From Parcubacteria bacterium C7867-004 (GTDB lineage Bacteria > Patescibacteriota > Minisyncoccia > Phycocordibacterales > Phycocordibacteraceae), in NCBI GenBank assembly GCA_001189075.1, contig LFCN01000006.1, positions 17,605 to 81,604 of the forward strand: DNA of 64,000 nt. The letters run 5' to 3'. The translations under genes were made by a program, and so were the position numbers. Each line of letters opens with the position of its first letter. Position 1 is the stretch's first letter. The notes under the pieces are model-generated. The model saw only the letters and a list, made by a program, of their open reading frames with translations. It had not been told where the DNA came from and searched no databases. Shown here one piece after another: positions 36,890-46,103 of the stretch.

Positions 36890-37900
36890 ATGCTAGCACA
36901 GTCGAATCTTATGTCAACCCCTGTCGAACTCCCCCGCCTCAGAGACCAAGCACTGGACTCCGCGCTCAGGCCTTCTGTGTGGGACGACTATGTAGGCCAG
37001 GGTCACGTAAAAGCCAATGTTTCCGTGGTTTTAGAGGCGGCGAAGATGCGCGGGGACATGCCCGAGCACATCCTTTTCTATGGTCCGCCGGGTGTAGGAA
37101 AGACTACCCTCGCTCACCTCATAGCCACCTCGCTCGATGCGCCACTCAAGACTACCTCCGGCGTCGCTATCGAGCGGGCCGCGGACCTCGCGAGCATCCT
37201 TACGAACCTCGAGCCCGGCACCGTATTGTTCATCGACGAGATTCATCAGCTCTCGCCGAAGGTGGAGGAGCTCCTCTACCCGGCTCTTGAGTCTGGTTCG
37301 CTCGACATCATCCTCGGAAAGGGGCCATCCGCACGTACCGTAGAGCTCGCACTCCCCCCATTCACGCTCGTAGGGGCTACAACTCGCGTCTCGCACCTCT
37401 CCTCTCCGCTTCGTTCTCGCTTCGGCGGTGGCGTGTATCAACTCGATTTCTATACGCACGAGGACCTGAAGTCGATCATCAAGCGTTCAGCAAGCGTACT
37501 CGGTCTCGAAGCACCTGACGAAGTTATCGAGCGCGTAGCGAGCCGCAGTCGCGCAACCCCTCGCGTTGCGAACGCGCTTCTTAAGCGTGTGCGCGACTAT
37601 TCGCAAGTGGAAGGCCGCGCTCTTTCAGCTGAAGTAGCGGATCTCGCATGCGAGCTCTTCGGCATCGACACCTTGGGTCTTACGAAAGACGACCGCCGCT
37701 ATCTCACCGCGCTCAGGGATTCTTTCAAGGGCGGTCCTGCCGGCATCCGCGCACTCGCATCCTCGCTCCACGAGGACCCGGACACTGTCGAGAACGTGTA
37801 CGAGCCGTATCTCCTTCGTCTCGGATTCGTTGAACGTTCTCCGCGCGGCCGCATCCTTACACAGAAAGGAAAGGACTACCTAAATTTTCTGAAAGCTTGA
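36890..37900 (+). CDS. ruvB: Holliday junction ATP-dependent DNA helicase RuvB
   Basis: [49 protein letters not shown] is canonical RuvB; 336 aa. Confidence 0.95.
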   Translation: [336 protein letters not shown]

Positions 37901-37902
37901 GC

Positions 37903-38433
37903 TTACAGTCCCTGGCCAGTTGTGCCGCTTGCTCGCGCAACAAGCTCATCACGCAACAGTTCTGCGTCCGCTCTGGTGACTCCCGGCAGCCTGCCTTCAG
38001 CTCCTGCGCCGAAGGTACCGTATCTCGACACTGACGCGCTGGCTCCTGCCGTCTGGATATGTAGATCAGAAAGTCCGAGGATGCGTGCGAGAATTCCACG
38101 ATTAATATCCACATTCTGTATTCTCGAATACGGTATCGTCACATATTTCTTCCAAATTATTCCCGACTCTTTCCGAAACCCTTTATCGGTCAGTTCGTAA
38201 CGATAGAAGTAATAGGTGTATTTCGCCCAGATGTAGGTGAGAGCTGCAAGCACTGCAAATACCAGAACTGACCAGAGAGCGAAGCGCGGAAGATCGAAAT
38301 AATCATCAACCACAAATAGTGCTTCGAGCCACACGAACGATGACCAGATGACAATGAAAATCGCAGCGACGAGCGTGTGTAACAGCGAGCCCCAAAAGAA
38401 AAGCCAGACTGCTTTTGCATCTAATTGTTTCAT
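37903..38433 (-). CDS. bacterial PH-domain (bPH_2/YdbS-like) membrane protein
   Basis: Two N-terminal TM helices followed by YYFYRYELTDKGFRKESGIIWKKYVTIPYSRIQNVDINRGILARILGLSDLHIQTAG, a typical bPH_2 pattern. Confidence 0.6.
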   Translation of the reverse strand: MKQLDAKAVWLFFWGSLLHTLVAAIFIVIWSSFVWLEALFVVDDYFDLPRFALWSVLVFAVLAALTYIWAKYTYYFYRYELTDKGFRKESGIIWKKYVTIPYSRIQNVDINRGILARILGLSDLHIQTAGASASVSRYGTFGAGAEGRLPGVTRADAELLRDELVARASGTTGQGL

Positions 38434-38517
38434 ATCAGAAGAGTAGCATGGCTATCCTTGGAAAGGTCGAGTTGAGACAAGGGCTCAGATTCAAGAGTCT
38501 TTTGGTATAGTGAACGC

Positions 38518-39078
38518 ATGTCAGGACACAGCAAATGGTCACAGATAAAGCGGCAGAAGGGCGTCGCTGACGGCGCGAAGTCAAAGGCGTTCGGCAGATT
38601 CTCAAAGCTCATCGCTCTTGAATCAAAGAAGGCTGCCGGAAACCTGTCTTCCCCCGGTCTCGCGAACACCATCGCGCGTGCCAAGGCCATAAACATGCCC
38701 AAGGACAGCATCGACCGCGCAGTCGCCAAGGGCATCTCTAAAGATTCCGGTGAACTTATCCAAGTCGTGTACGAGTGGTACGGCCCCGGCGGCGTCGCCA
38801 TCATCATCGATGCGCTTACGGACAACACGAACCGCACAACGCAAGAGATCAAGCATTTGATAACGAAGAACGGATTTGAGTTGGGCGCACAGGGTTCGGC
38901 CGCCTGGGCGTTCAAGAAATCCGGTAGTGGTGCATTCGAGCCAAACGAGCCCTTGATGGACCTGTCCGAATCCGACGAAGAGGCGCTCGGAAAGATATTT
39001 GACCAGATAGATGAGAATGATGACATCCAGCGCGTGTATACGAACGCTCGTGGGTACGAAGATAACGAGAGCGATTAA
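38518..39078 (+). CDS. yebC: YebC/PmpR-family probable transcriptional regulator (short, 186 aa)
   Basis: MSGHSKWSQIKRQKGVADGAKSKAFGRFSKLI is canonical YebC N-terminus, with a YEWYGPGGVAIIIDALTDNTNRT block. A middle subdomain appears deleted. Confidence 0.85.
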   Translation: MSGHSKWSQIKRQKGVADGAKSKAFGRFSKLIALESKKAAGNLSSPGLANTIARAKAINMPKDSIDRAVAKGISKDSGELIQVVYEWYGPGGVAIIIDALTDNTNRTTQEIKHLITKNGFELGAQGSAAWAFKKSGSGAFEPNEPLMDLSESDEEALGKIFDQIDENDDIQRVYTNARGYEDNESD

Positions 39079-39080
39079 CG

Positions 39081-39566
39081 ATGCGGATTCTCGCTATTGA
39101 TCCGGGATACGACCGCATGGGACTTGCAGTTGTAGAGGGTGACCCGTCGCGCCCCACCCATGTCTGGAGCGACTGCGTACTTCCGCCAAAGGGCGCGCGC
39201 GAGGAACGTCTCCAGCACGTACACGATGCCGTTGCGGACGCGATACGCACCTACGTACCCGATCGCGTTGCCATAGAAACCCTATTCTGGAGCACGAATA
39301 ACAAGCGGTCGGCGCTCGGGGTGGCCGAGGCGCGCGGTGCGGTTCTTTCGGCCGCAGGCGAGGCAGGCGTCCCCGTATCGGAACATTCGCCTCAGCAGGT
39401 GAAGCTCGCGGTAACCGGATACGGGAATGCGGATAAGAAAGCGGTCGCTCTCATGATTCCCCGACTGCTCTCGCTCCCACCAAAACAACGACTCGACGAC
39501 GAGCTCGATGCAATAGCGATAGCCATTGCCTCGCTCTCGCAGCGACTATCCCCATCGGGCACGTAG
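39081..39566 (+). CDS. ruvC: crossover junction endodeoxyribonuclease RuvC
   Basis: MRILAIDPGYDRMGLAVVEG ... AIETLFWSTNNKRSALGVAEARG ... DELDAIAIAIASL is canonical RuvC. Confidence 0.92.
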   Translation: MRILAIDPGYDRMGLAVVEGDPSRPTHVWSDCVLPPKGAREERLQHVHDAVADAIRTYVPDRVAIETLFWSTNNKRSALGVAEARGAVLSAAGEAGVPVSEHSPQQVKLAVTGYGNADKKAVALMIPRLLSLPPKQRLDDELDAIAIAIASLSQRLSPSGT

Positions 39567-39648
39567 CTCGCATTGCAAAGCGCGCCCGTTCTGATGAAAT
39601 AGGAGGGCTTCGCGTTCGCGCGAATATAATCAAGCGTAATGCACGTAT

Positions 39649-39762
39649 ATGGAGGAAGATGAGATTCTAGATCCAATCGAAAAGGAGGATGAGGACGAGC
39701 TCGACGAGGAAGACCTTGAAGACGACGATCTCGTAGAAGAAGAGGAAGAAGACGAGATCTAA
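39649..39762 (+). CDS. putative 37-aa highly acidic peptide
   Basis: Manual translation MEEDEILDPIEKEDEDELDEEDLEDDDLVEEEEEDEI, followed 1 nt later by a GC-rich hairpin (gaacggcccc-agta-tggggccgttc). No obvious SD. Confidence 0.25.
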   Translation: MEEDEILDPIEKEDEDELDEEDLEDDDLVEEEEEDEI

Positions 39763-39811
39763 AGGAACGGCCCCAGTATGGGGCCGTTCTTCGTGATAGC
39801 ATGGGTCCATT

Positions 39812-42013
39812 ATGTCGAAAGGAATCAAGAAACGGGGCGGACTCCACAAGCATCTCGCCGATCCCCATCCCCTGCTCAGGGTTGCGTATTTCCTTGTTGG
39901 TGCACTCCTTCTCGTAGCGGGTGCGGGAATTCTGTGGGCAGCCCTCACCCCAATTCCCGACCTCAACTCCTTCGATTCCCGTAAGGTAGCCCAGTCGACG
40001 AAGATCTACGACCGTACGGGAAAGACCGTCCTCTACGATCTCAATCACGACGTCAGGCGCAATGTCGTCACTCTCTCCGAGATATCTCCGAATCTTCAAA
40101 AGGCAGCTATCGCTATCGAAGACTCTGATTTCTATCATCACAGCGGCGTAAGCTTCACCTCGACCGCCCGTGCCATCATCGTCGACATTAAGACGCAGTC
40201 GTTTGCGCAGGGCGGCTCGACCATAACGCAGCAGGTAGTGAAGAACACCATCCTCTCCGGACGGAAGGACCTGATACGCAAGTTCCAGGAGTGGGTGCTC
40301 GCCTGGAAACTGGAGCAGCGCTACACGAAGAACCAGATCCTCGAGTTCTATTTCAATGTGACTCCGTACGGCGGGACGCTCTATGGCGCGGAGGTCGCTT
40401 CCCGTGCATTCTTCGGAAAGTCCGCATCGGATCTCTCGGTTGCTGAGGCGGCGTACCTTGCAGCGATCCCTCAGCTCCCTACCTACTACTCCCCGTACGG
40501 CAACAACCGCAAGGATCTCGATGAGCGCAAGGACCTCGTCCTTTCGCGCATGAAAGTTCTTGGCTACCTCACCGAAGAGGAATATCAGGCCGCCAAGAAA
40601 GACGAGGTTATCTTCAGCCGACAGCGGGACAACTCCATCCTTGCCCCGCACTTCGTGTTCTACATCGAGCAACAGCTCGAACAGAAGTACGGCCCTGATG
40701 TTGTTACCGAAGGACTCTCCGTTATAACGACGCTTGATGCCGAGCTCCAGAATGCGGCCCAGACCATCGTTAAGGACTATGCGACCGCCAACACTGCTAA
40801 GTTCAACGCCTCGAATGCGGCACTGGTAGCCATCGACCCTAAGACGGGACAGATACTGGCGATGGTGGGGTCACGCGATTACTTCGATGAGGACATAGAC
40901 GGCAACTACAACTCGGCCATCGCGCTTCGCCAGCCGGGCTCGTCCTTCAAGCCGTTCGTATACGCGACCGCTCTTGAGAAGGGTTACACCCCGGAGTCGG
41001 TGGTGTTCGACCTTCCGACGCAGTTCTCGACAGTGTGCGCCGCGTCCGAAACCACGAACAGTGAACCTCCCTGCTACGCACCAGGAAACTACGACGACAA
41101 GTTCCGTGGACCAATGACCTTCACTACTGCACTCGCGCAGTCCATTAACATTCCGGCGGTCCAGACGCTCTACCTCGCCGGTATTAAGAACGTCATCGGA
41201 CTCGCTGAACGCTTGGGCATCACGACCCTCGGAGACGCAAAGGAATACGGCCTTTCGTTCGCGCTTGGCGCCGCTGAAGTGAAGCTGCTCGACCTCGTAA
41301 GCGCATACAGTGTCTTTGCGAATGACGGCGTACGCAATCCTGCGGTCGGCATCCTTGAGATACGCGATATGAAGGGCAAGGTGATCGAGAAGTTCACCGC
41401 AGCCCCTCAGCAAGCGATCGATGCGGGTGTTGCTCGCCAGATATCCAGCATGCTCTCGAATAACGAGGCACGCTTCCCTGAGTATCCTCCGAACAACCCG
41501 CTCCACTTCAACGAGTACGATGTCGCGGCGAAGACCGGAACCACGAACGAGTCCCGTGACGCTTGGACCGTAGGCTTCACCCCGACTATCGCCGTCGGTG
41601 TCTGGGCAGGAAACAATAACAATACGCCGATGGTGAAGGAGATCGCGGGCTACATCGTAGCGCCGATGTGGCATGCGTTCATGGCCGAGGCACTTCAGAA
41701 AATGCCGGAAGAGGTATTCAACGAGCCGCCCGCCATCTCTGAGTCTGCCGCACCTGCACTTCGCGGTATCATTTACGTTCCGTCAGGCGCAGGCACGCAA
41801 GCTCACAGCCTCCTTCACTGGACCGACAAGGAGAACCCGCTCGGCCCTCCTCCTGCTAATCCGTTCCGTGATCCGCAGTATGCGTACTGGGAATATCCTA
41901 TCCAGACCTGGCTCGCGAACGGTTCGCCGACCCTGTTCGGCGCACAAGCCACATCAACGGCGAGCTCGACGCCCGGCATTGGAATCGACGGCAGCGACAT
42001 CGGAGGCCAATAG
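39812..42013 (+). CDS. penicillin-binding protein 1A (bifunctional transglycosylase/transpeptidase)
   Basis: N-terminal TM. GT51 motifs AIEDSDFYHHSGV ... GGSTITQQ, and transpeptidase motifs SGSSFKP ... KTGTT; 733 aa. Confidence 0.9.
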   Translation: MSKGIKKRGGLHKHLADPHPLLRVAYFLVGALLLVAGAGILWAALTPIPDLNSFDSRKVAQSTKIYDRTGKTVLYDLNHDVRRNVVTLSEISPNLQKAAIAIEDSDFYHHSGVSFTSTARAIIVDIKTQSFAQGGSTITQQVVKNTILSGRKDLIRKFQEWVLAWKLEQRYTKNQILEFYFNVTPYGGTLYGAEVASRAFFGKSASDLSVAEAAYLAAIPQLPTYYSPYGNNRKDLDERKDLVLSRMKVLGYLTEEEYQAAKKDEVIFSRQRDNSILAPHFVFYIEQQLEQKYGPDVVTEGLSVITTLDAELQNAAQTIVKDYATANTAKFNASNAALVAIDPKTGQILAMVGSRDYFDEDIDGNYNSAIALRQPGSSFKPFVYATALEKGYTPESVVFDLPTQFSTVCAASETTNSEPPCYAPGNYDDKFRGPMTFTTALAQSINIPAVQTLYLAGIKNVIGLAERLGITTLGDAKEYGLSFALGAAEVKLLDLVSAYSVFANDGVRNPAVGILEIRDMKGKVIEKFTAAPQQAIDAGVARQISSMLSNNEARFPEYPPNNPLHFNEYDVAAKTGTTNESRDAWTVGFTPTIAVGVWAGNNNNTPMVKEIAGYIVAPMWHAFMAEALQKMPEEVFNEPPAISESAAPALRGIIYVPSGAGTQAHSLLHWTDKENPLGPPPANPFRDPQYAYWEYPIQTWLANGSPTLFGAQATSTASSTPGIGIDGSDIGGQ

Positions 42014-42014
42014 A

Positions 42015-42046
42015 AAAAGCGCCCGGAGGGGCGCTTTTTCTTTCTT
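42015..42046. terminator. bidirectional terminator between PBP1A (+) and dnaN (-)
   Basis: aaaaagcgccc-ggag-gggcgcttttt. Confidence 0.85.
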
Positions 42047-42056
42047 CCCGCGATCT

Positions 42057-43157
42057 CTACTGGTTCATCGGCATCACGAGATAGAGGAACGAGGCGTCCC
42101 CGGTTCCCCGCAGCACCATGGCGCGTCCTATGCCGCTTGCCGCCAGCGTCACGCTTTCAGCCGTAATGGAAGGGAGTGGGGCGGACAGGTAGCGGTGATT
42201 GAAGGAAAGCTCGACGCCGTCGCCTGAAATAGCACCCATGACCGCTTCGTCCGAATCCCCCACATCGGCATTCTGTGCGGAAAGCGAGATACGCTTCTGT
42301 CCCGGATCGAACCCGAGCTTCACTTTCTGGAATGCGTCCGAGAAGATAGCGGTCCGCTTGAGCGCGGCTTCAAAATCCTTCTTGAGGAGTGTCGCTTCGG
42401 CGATGAAGGTCTTAGGGATTATCTGCGCGTAGTCAGGGTAGTTCGCCGCAACGAGACGGGTCGTAACGACACCCCGACTCCAGAAGAACGCGCACTGGTG
42501 ATCATCCACGCTTACCCGTATGTCCTCGTCTGGGAGCGCCTGCATGATATCTACGGCATTCTTTGCAGGGATGAGCATCGTGAAGGGTGCGATCGTCTCC
42601 TTGAGCGATATCTTTTTCTCCGCAAGACGGAACGAATCGGTCGCAACCGCCTTGAGCACACCACCCTCGGCACTTATAAGAACGCTCGCGAGCTCAGGAC
42701 GAACGCTCGAGGTAGAGGCATACGACATTACGGACGTAACGAGAGCTCGTAGAACGCTTCCTGGAAGCGAGAATGACACTGCGCCGGACTCAGGGAGCGG
42801 AAGCGTAGGGAAATCCTCGTAGGGAAGCGTTTTGAGCGTACTGCGCCCGCTTCCTCCCGACACCGAGACCGTGTCTCCGGAGTGTTCGAGTGTAAGGGTG
42901 CCGTTCCCCGAAAGAGAGGCGGCGATATCCCGCAACGTTGAGGCGGGAAGCGCTACGACACCCGGTTCCTTTATCGTGCCTTCGGCTTTCATGTCGACGC
43001 CGGTCTCAAGGTTTGTGGCACGGAACTTGATACCGTCATCTCCCGCTATGATCGCTATGCCCGCGAGAACGGGAAGCGTTCCGCTCCTGCGCTCAGCGAA
43101 TCGTGCGACGTTCTGCACCGTTTCCGCGAAGACCTTCTTTTCCAGGGTTAGTATCAT
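42057..43157 (-). CDS. dnaN: DNA polymerase III beta sliding clamp
   Basis: 366-aa ORF with a three-domain clamp pattern, directly downstream of dnaA. Confidence 0.85.
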   Translation of the reverse strand: MILTLEKKVFAETVQNVARFAERRSGTLPVLAGIAIIAGDDGIKFRATNLETGVDMKAEGTIKEPGVVALPASTLRDIAASLSGNGTLTLEHSGDTVSVSGGSGRSTLKTLPYEDFPTLPLPESGAVSFSLPGSVLRALVTSVMSYASTSSVRPELASVLISAEGGVLKAVATDSFRLAEKKISLKETIAPFTMLIPAKNAVDIMQALPDEDIRVSVDDHQCAFFWSRGVVTTRLVAANYPDYAQIIPKTFIAEATLLKKDFEAALKRTAIFSDAFQKVKLGFDPGQKRISLSAQNADVGDSDEAVMGAISGDGVELSFNHRYLSAPLPSITAESVTLAASGIGRAMVLRGTGDASFLYLVMPMNQ

Positions 43158-43382
43158 AAATAAGAAATACGAAGAGTAAGAAGGGGGTGTTGATAGGTGG
43201 AAAACTCAATTATCGCCCGTACTTTCTCGGCTAGGCGAGACTGCAGATTCTCGCATGCTGTTGAAAACCTCCCAGTTGTTGCTGCTATCTGGGGACAAGT
43301 GCCTCGCGGCACCGGACCTGTCCCCGGCAATCCCTTCTCTGCCCCCGTGCTGTAAGAAAGGTTATACATACGATATCCCCAA

Positions 43383-44732
43383 TTATACCAACAGCGTGCG
43401 AATATCCTGAATCTCCTTTGCGAGCTCCTGATCAACCAGGATCTCCCGCTTCACCTTCTCGCACGAGTGTATGACGGTAGTGTGGTCGCGACCACCAAGC
43501 TTCGAGCCTATGGTCGGATACGAGACACTGAAATCTTCACGTAGCAGGTACATGATCACCTGCCTAGGACGCACCACCTCCCTCCTGCGTGTCTTCTCAT
43601 AGATACTCTCCTCGTCTATGCCGTAGTACTCGGCAACCTTTGAGACCACATGCTTCACGGACACGGTCTTCTGTGGGCGTGCGAACGAGCGCAGCGACTG
43701 GCGCACTTCAGCAAGATCCGGCGGCACGCCCTTCACCTGGGTATGGCAGACGACGCTGTTTATGACTCCCTCAAGCTCGCGGATCGAGCCGGATATCGAG
43801 ATAGCGATGTATTCGATAACCTCATCGGACAGGTTCACGCCGTGCGCAGCGGCCTTCTTCCGCACGATAGCCATGCGGCTCTCGATATCCGGCTCTCCGA
43901 TGTCTATGGTCATGCCGCTCGCTAAGCGGCCGCGCAGACGTTCCGCGATATCAGGAATCGCTACCGGCGCCCTATCGGACGAGAAGATGATCTGCTTGTT
44001 GTTGTCGTAGAGCGCGTTAAAGAGATGGAAGAGCTCTTCCTGGGTCTTCTCCTGGCGAGAGAGGAACTGCACGTCGTCCATAATCAACAGGTCGAACTGG
44101 CGGTACTTCTCCTTGAAGCGGCTCGAGGTGCCCGCCTGGATGGCGTCGGCGAACTCCGACTTGAACTTCTCCGATGCGAGATAGAAGACTTTGCGGCTAG
44201 GGTACAGCTTCTTATACTGGTTCCCGATGGCTTGTATAAGGTGCGTCTTCCCGCGGCCGGTGTCTCCGTAGATGAAGAGTGGGTTGTACGTTATTCCAGG
44301 ACGCTTCATGGCCGTTTCTGCCGCCATATAGGCCAGCTGGTTGAAGTCCCCTATCACGAACGAGTCGAAGGTATAGCGCGGATTCAGGTTGTCGCTCTTG
44401 TTTATATAGAACTCGTCGAGCGGCATCTCGGTGGTCTGCTGCGGGATACGCTTCACCTCTTTCGGCTTGCGGCGATCGTCTTTCACGATCATGTACTCGA
44501 TATTCCGGTACTCGTAGGAGACGGAGCGGATGATCTTGAGCAGGAGCGCGTTGAATTTCTTGAGATACCAGTCCCTGAAGAACTGGCTCGGCACCCCGAC
44601 GAAGACAATGCCGTCTTCGATCTTTACGATAGAGCTGTCACGGAACCAGGTGTTGAAATTCGCCGGCGAAATGGAGAGCTCCACTTGAGTAAGGACATAT
44701 TCCCAGAGCTCGCGCGCATCAAGTCGGTTCAT
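43383..44732 (-). CDS. dnaA: chromosomal replication initiator protein DnaA
   Basis: [22 protein letters not shown] (Walker A), [10 protein letters not shown] (Walker B), and the C-terminal DNA-binding [15 protein letters not shown]. Confidence 0.95.
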   Translation of the reverse strand: MNRLDARELWEYVLTQVELSISPANFNTWFRDSSIVKIEDGIVFVGVPSQFFRDWYLKKFNALLLKIIRSVSYEYRNIEYMIVKDDRRKPKEVKRIPQQTTEMPLDEFYINKSDNLNPRYTFDSFVIGDFNQLAYMAAETAMKRPGITYNPLFIYGDTGRGKTHLIQAIGNQYKKLYPSRKVFYLASEKFKSEFADAIQAGTSSRFKEKYRQFDLLIMDDVQFLSRQEKTQEELFHLFNALYDNNKQIIFSSDRAPVAIPDIAERLRGRLASGMTIDIGEPDIESRMAIVRKKAAAHGVNLSDEVIEYIAISISGSIRELEGVINSVVCHTQVKGVPPDLAEVRQSLRSFARPQKTVSVKHVVSKVAEYYGIDEESIYEKTRRREVVRPRQVIMYLLREDFSVSYPTIGSKLGGRDHTTVIHSCEKVKREILVDQELAKEIQDIRTLLV

Positions 44733-44794
44733 CGTGGGCGTATTATACGGGCGCGCCAGAGAAAGAGCGAACCTCCCCCTAACGAGGCATTTGC

Positions 44795-44823
44795 TTGCAG
44801 CTGGGCTGTCAACCTGGTACTAT
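44795..44823 (+). promoter_or_regulatory. candidate sigma70-like promoter upstream of rpmH
   Basis: TTGCAG - 17 nt - TACTAT. Spacing to the rpmH ATG is very short (~12 nt), so the transcript would be near-leaderless or the true promoter lies elsewhere. Confidence 0.3.
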
Positions 44824-44835
44824 CCTGTGCATACC

Positions 44836-44973
44836 ATGCCTAAGCGCACCTACCAGCCAAAGAAGCGTAAGCGCGCCCGCACCCACGGATTCCGTGCCCG
44901 CACCGCAACCAGCACCGGCCGAAACGTGCTTCTTCGCCGCCGCCGCAAGGGTCGCGCTAAGCTCACCGTCTAA
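44836..44973 (+). CDS. rpmH: 50S ribosomal protein L34
   Basis: [45 protein letters not shown] is canonical L34. Confidence 0.95.
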   Translation: MPKRTYQPKKRKRARTHGFRARTATSTGRNVLLRRRRKGRAKLTV

Positions 44974-45299
44974 TGCTTCCACGTAAACTGCGCCTTACTC
45001 GGGCGCATTTTGCGCTCCACGGCTCTGAAAAACGGGTCGTAAGCCCGCATTTTTCCGTTTCGGTACGCCCTACGGCCGTAAGCGGGGGGTGTGCAGCCGT
45101 TATATCGAAGAAAGTCGCCAAGCTCTCCGTTACCCGACACAAGCTGAAGCGTCGGATACTTGCCGTGATGGGCCCGTGGTGCGGCGAGAGCCGGTCTCTG
45201 GTGGTGTATGCTCGCCCGGGCAGCGCCGAGCTTGGTTTTGATGAGCTCTCGCAAGAGCTTGAGGGGCTCCTGGTTCGCGCGCTCGGACAGATACGGTAG
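44973..45299 (+). CDS. rnpA: ribonuclease P protein component
   Basis: ATG overlaps the rpmH stop (TAATG). LRLTRAHFALHGSEKRVVSPHFSVSV...ISKKVAKLSVTRHKLKRR is RnpA-like. Confidence 0.8.
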   Translation: MLPRKLRLTRAHFALHGSEKRVVSPHFSVSVRPTAVSGGCAAVISKKVAKLSVTRHKLKRRILAVMGPWCGESRSLVVYARPGSAELGFDELSQELEGLLVRALGQIR

Positions 45300-45309
45300 A
45301 CTGTCCTCC

Positions 45310-46050
45310 ATGGCTTCCCTCTTTCACACGTTCATATACGTTCCGATCTACAACTTGCTGATATTCTTCGTGGATATCATTCCCGGGGGCGACGTCGGTC
45401 TCGCGGTGATCGCAGCGACGCTCGTCGTCCGTCTCATAATCATGCCGCTCTCGTTCGCGCAGCTTCGTACCGGTCGCGTCATGCGACTCCTTCAGCCGGA
45501 AATGAAGGAGATACAGGTGAAGTACAAGGACGACCCTGAGCGAAAGGCCAAGGAGACCTTCGCGCTCTACAAGCGGTACGGACTCAATCCGTTCGCCGGC
45601 ATATTCACCGCTCTTCTGCAGATCCCTATACTGCTCGGGCTCTATTTCGTATTCAACAGCCACACCCTCCTTACTATCGATACCGCCATGCTCTATGGCT
45701 TTGTGTCGGCGCCGTCCGTAATAACCCCCCTCTTCCTTGGCATTTTCTCGGTAGCAGGAACCAGCATATTCCTTGCTGCTCTTGCGGCCCTGCTTCAGGG
45801 CGCCCAGATCTGGTACGCGGTCCCTGTCCCACCCAAACCCGAGAAGCCGGGCACTGACCTATCGGCAGACTTCGCACGCAGCATGGCACTTAATATGCGT
45901 TTTCTGCTTCCGGTTATCATCGGCGTAGCCGCGTTCTACACCTCAAACGCGATCGCGCTCTACTTCATTACCACGGCGCTCGTGAGCATCGTTCAGGAAT
46001 TCGTCGTTCGCAAACAGAAGGTCGAGCCGGTAGAGGTTGCCGCCGCCTAG
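45310..46050 (+). CDS. yidC: membrane protein insertase YidC (short form)
   Basis: Start MASLFHTFIYVPIYNLLIFF ... LAVIAATLVVRLIIMPLSFAQLRTGRVMRLLQPEMKEIQVKYKDDPERKAKETFALYKRYGLNPF is the canonical YidC/Oxa1 core. Confidence 0.85.
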   Translation: MASLFHTFIYVPIYNLLIFFVDIIPGGDVGLAVIAATLVVRLIIMPLSFAQLRTGRVMRLLQPEMKEIQVKYKDDPERKAKETFALYKRYGLNPFAGIFTALLQIPILLGLYFVFNSHTLLTIDTAMLYGFVSAPSVITPLFLGIFSVAGTSIFLAALAALLQGAQIWYAVPVPPKPEKPGTDLSADFARSMALNMRFLLPVIIGVAAFYTSNAIALYFITTALVSIVQEFVVRKQKVEPVEVAAA

Positions 46051-46056
46051 AACAGT

Positions 46057-46088
46057 ACAGAAAAGGCCGCAAATGCGGCCTTTTCTGT
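46057..46088. terminator. bidirectional terminator after yidC
   Basis: acagaaaaggccgc-aaat-gcggccttttctgt. Confidence 0.85.
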
Positions 46089-46103
46089 ACTCAGTACTTT
46101 GTA

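Noticed and set aside
38430-39026. 198-aa minus-strand ORF opposite yebC
   Set aside because: It is antisense to a confidently identified YebC-family gene and has a low-complexity Ser/Ala-rich translation.
40871-41674. 267-aa minus-strand ORF inside the PBP1A gene
   Set aside because: It is antisense to the PBP1A coding sequence. Its Arg-rich translation is typical of GC-rich antisense frames.
43158-43382. Consensus DnaA boxes (TTATCCACA) in the dnaN-dnaA spacer
   Set aside because: Only partial matches (TTATCGCCC, TTATACATA) are visible. That is not enough to annotate boxes, so the spacer is reported only as an oriC candidate.
44025-44843. 272-aa plus-strand ORF opposite dnaA
   Set aside because: It is antisense to dnaA and has no motif.
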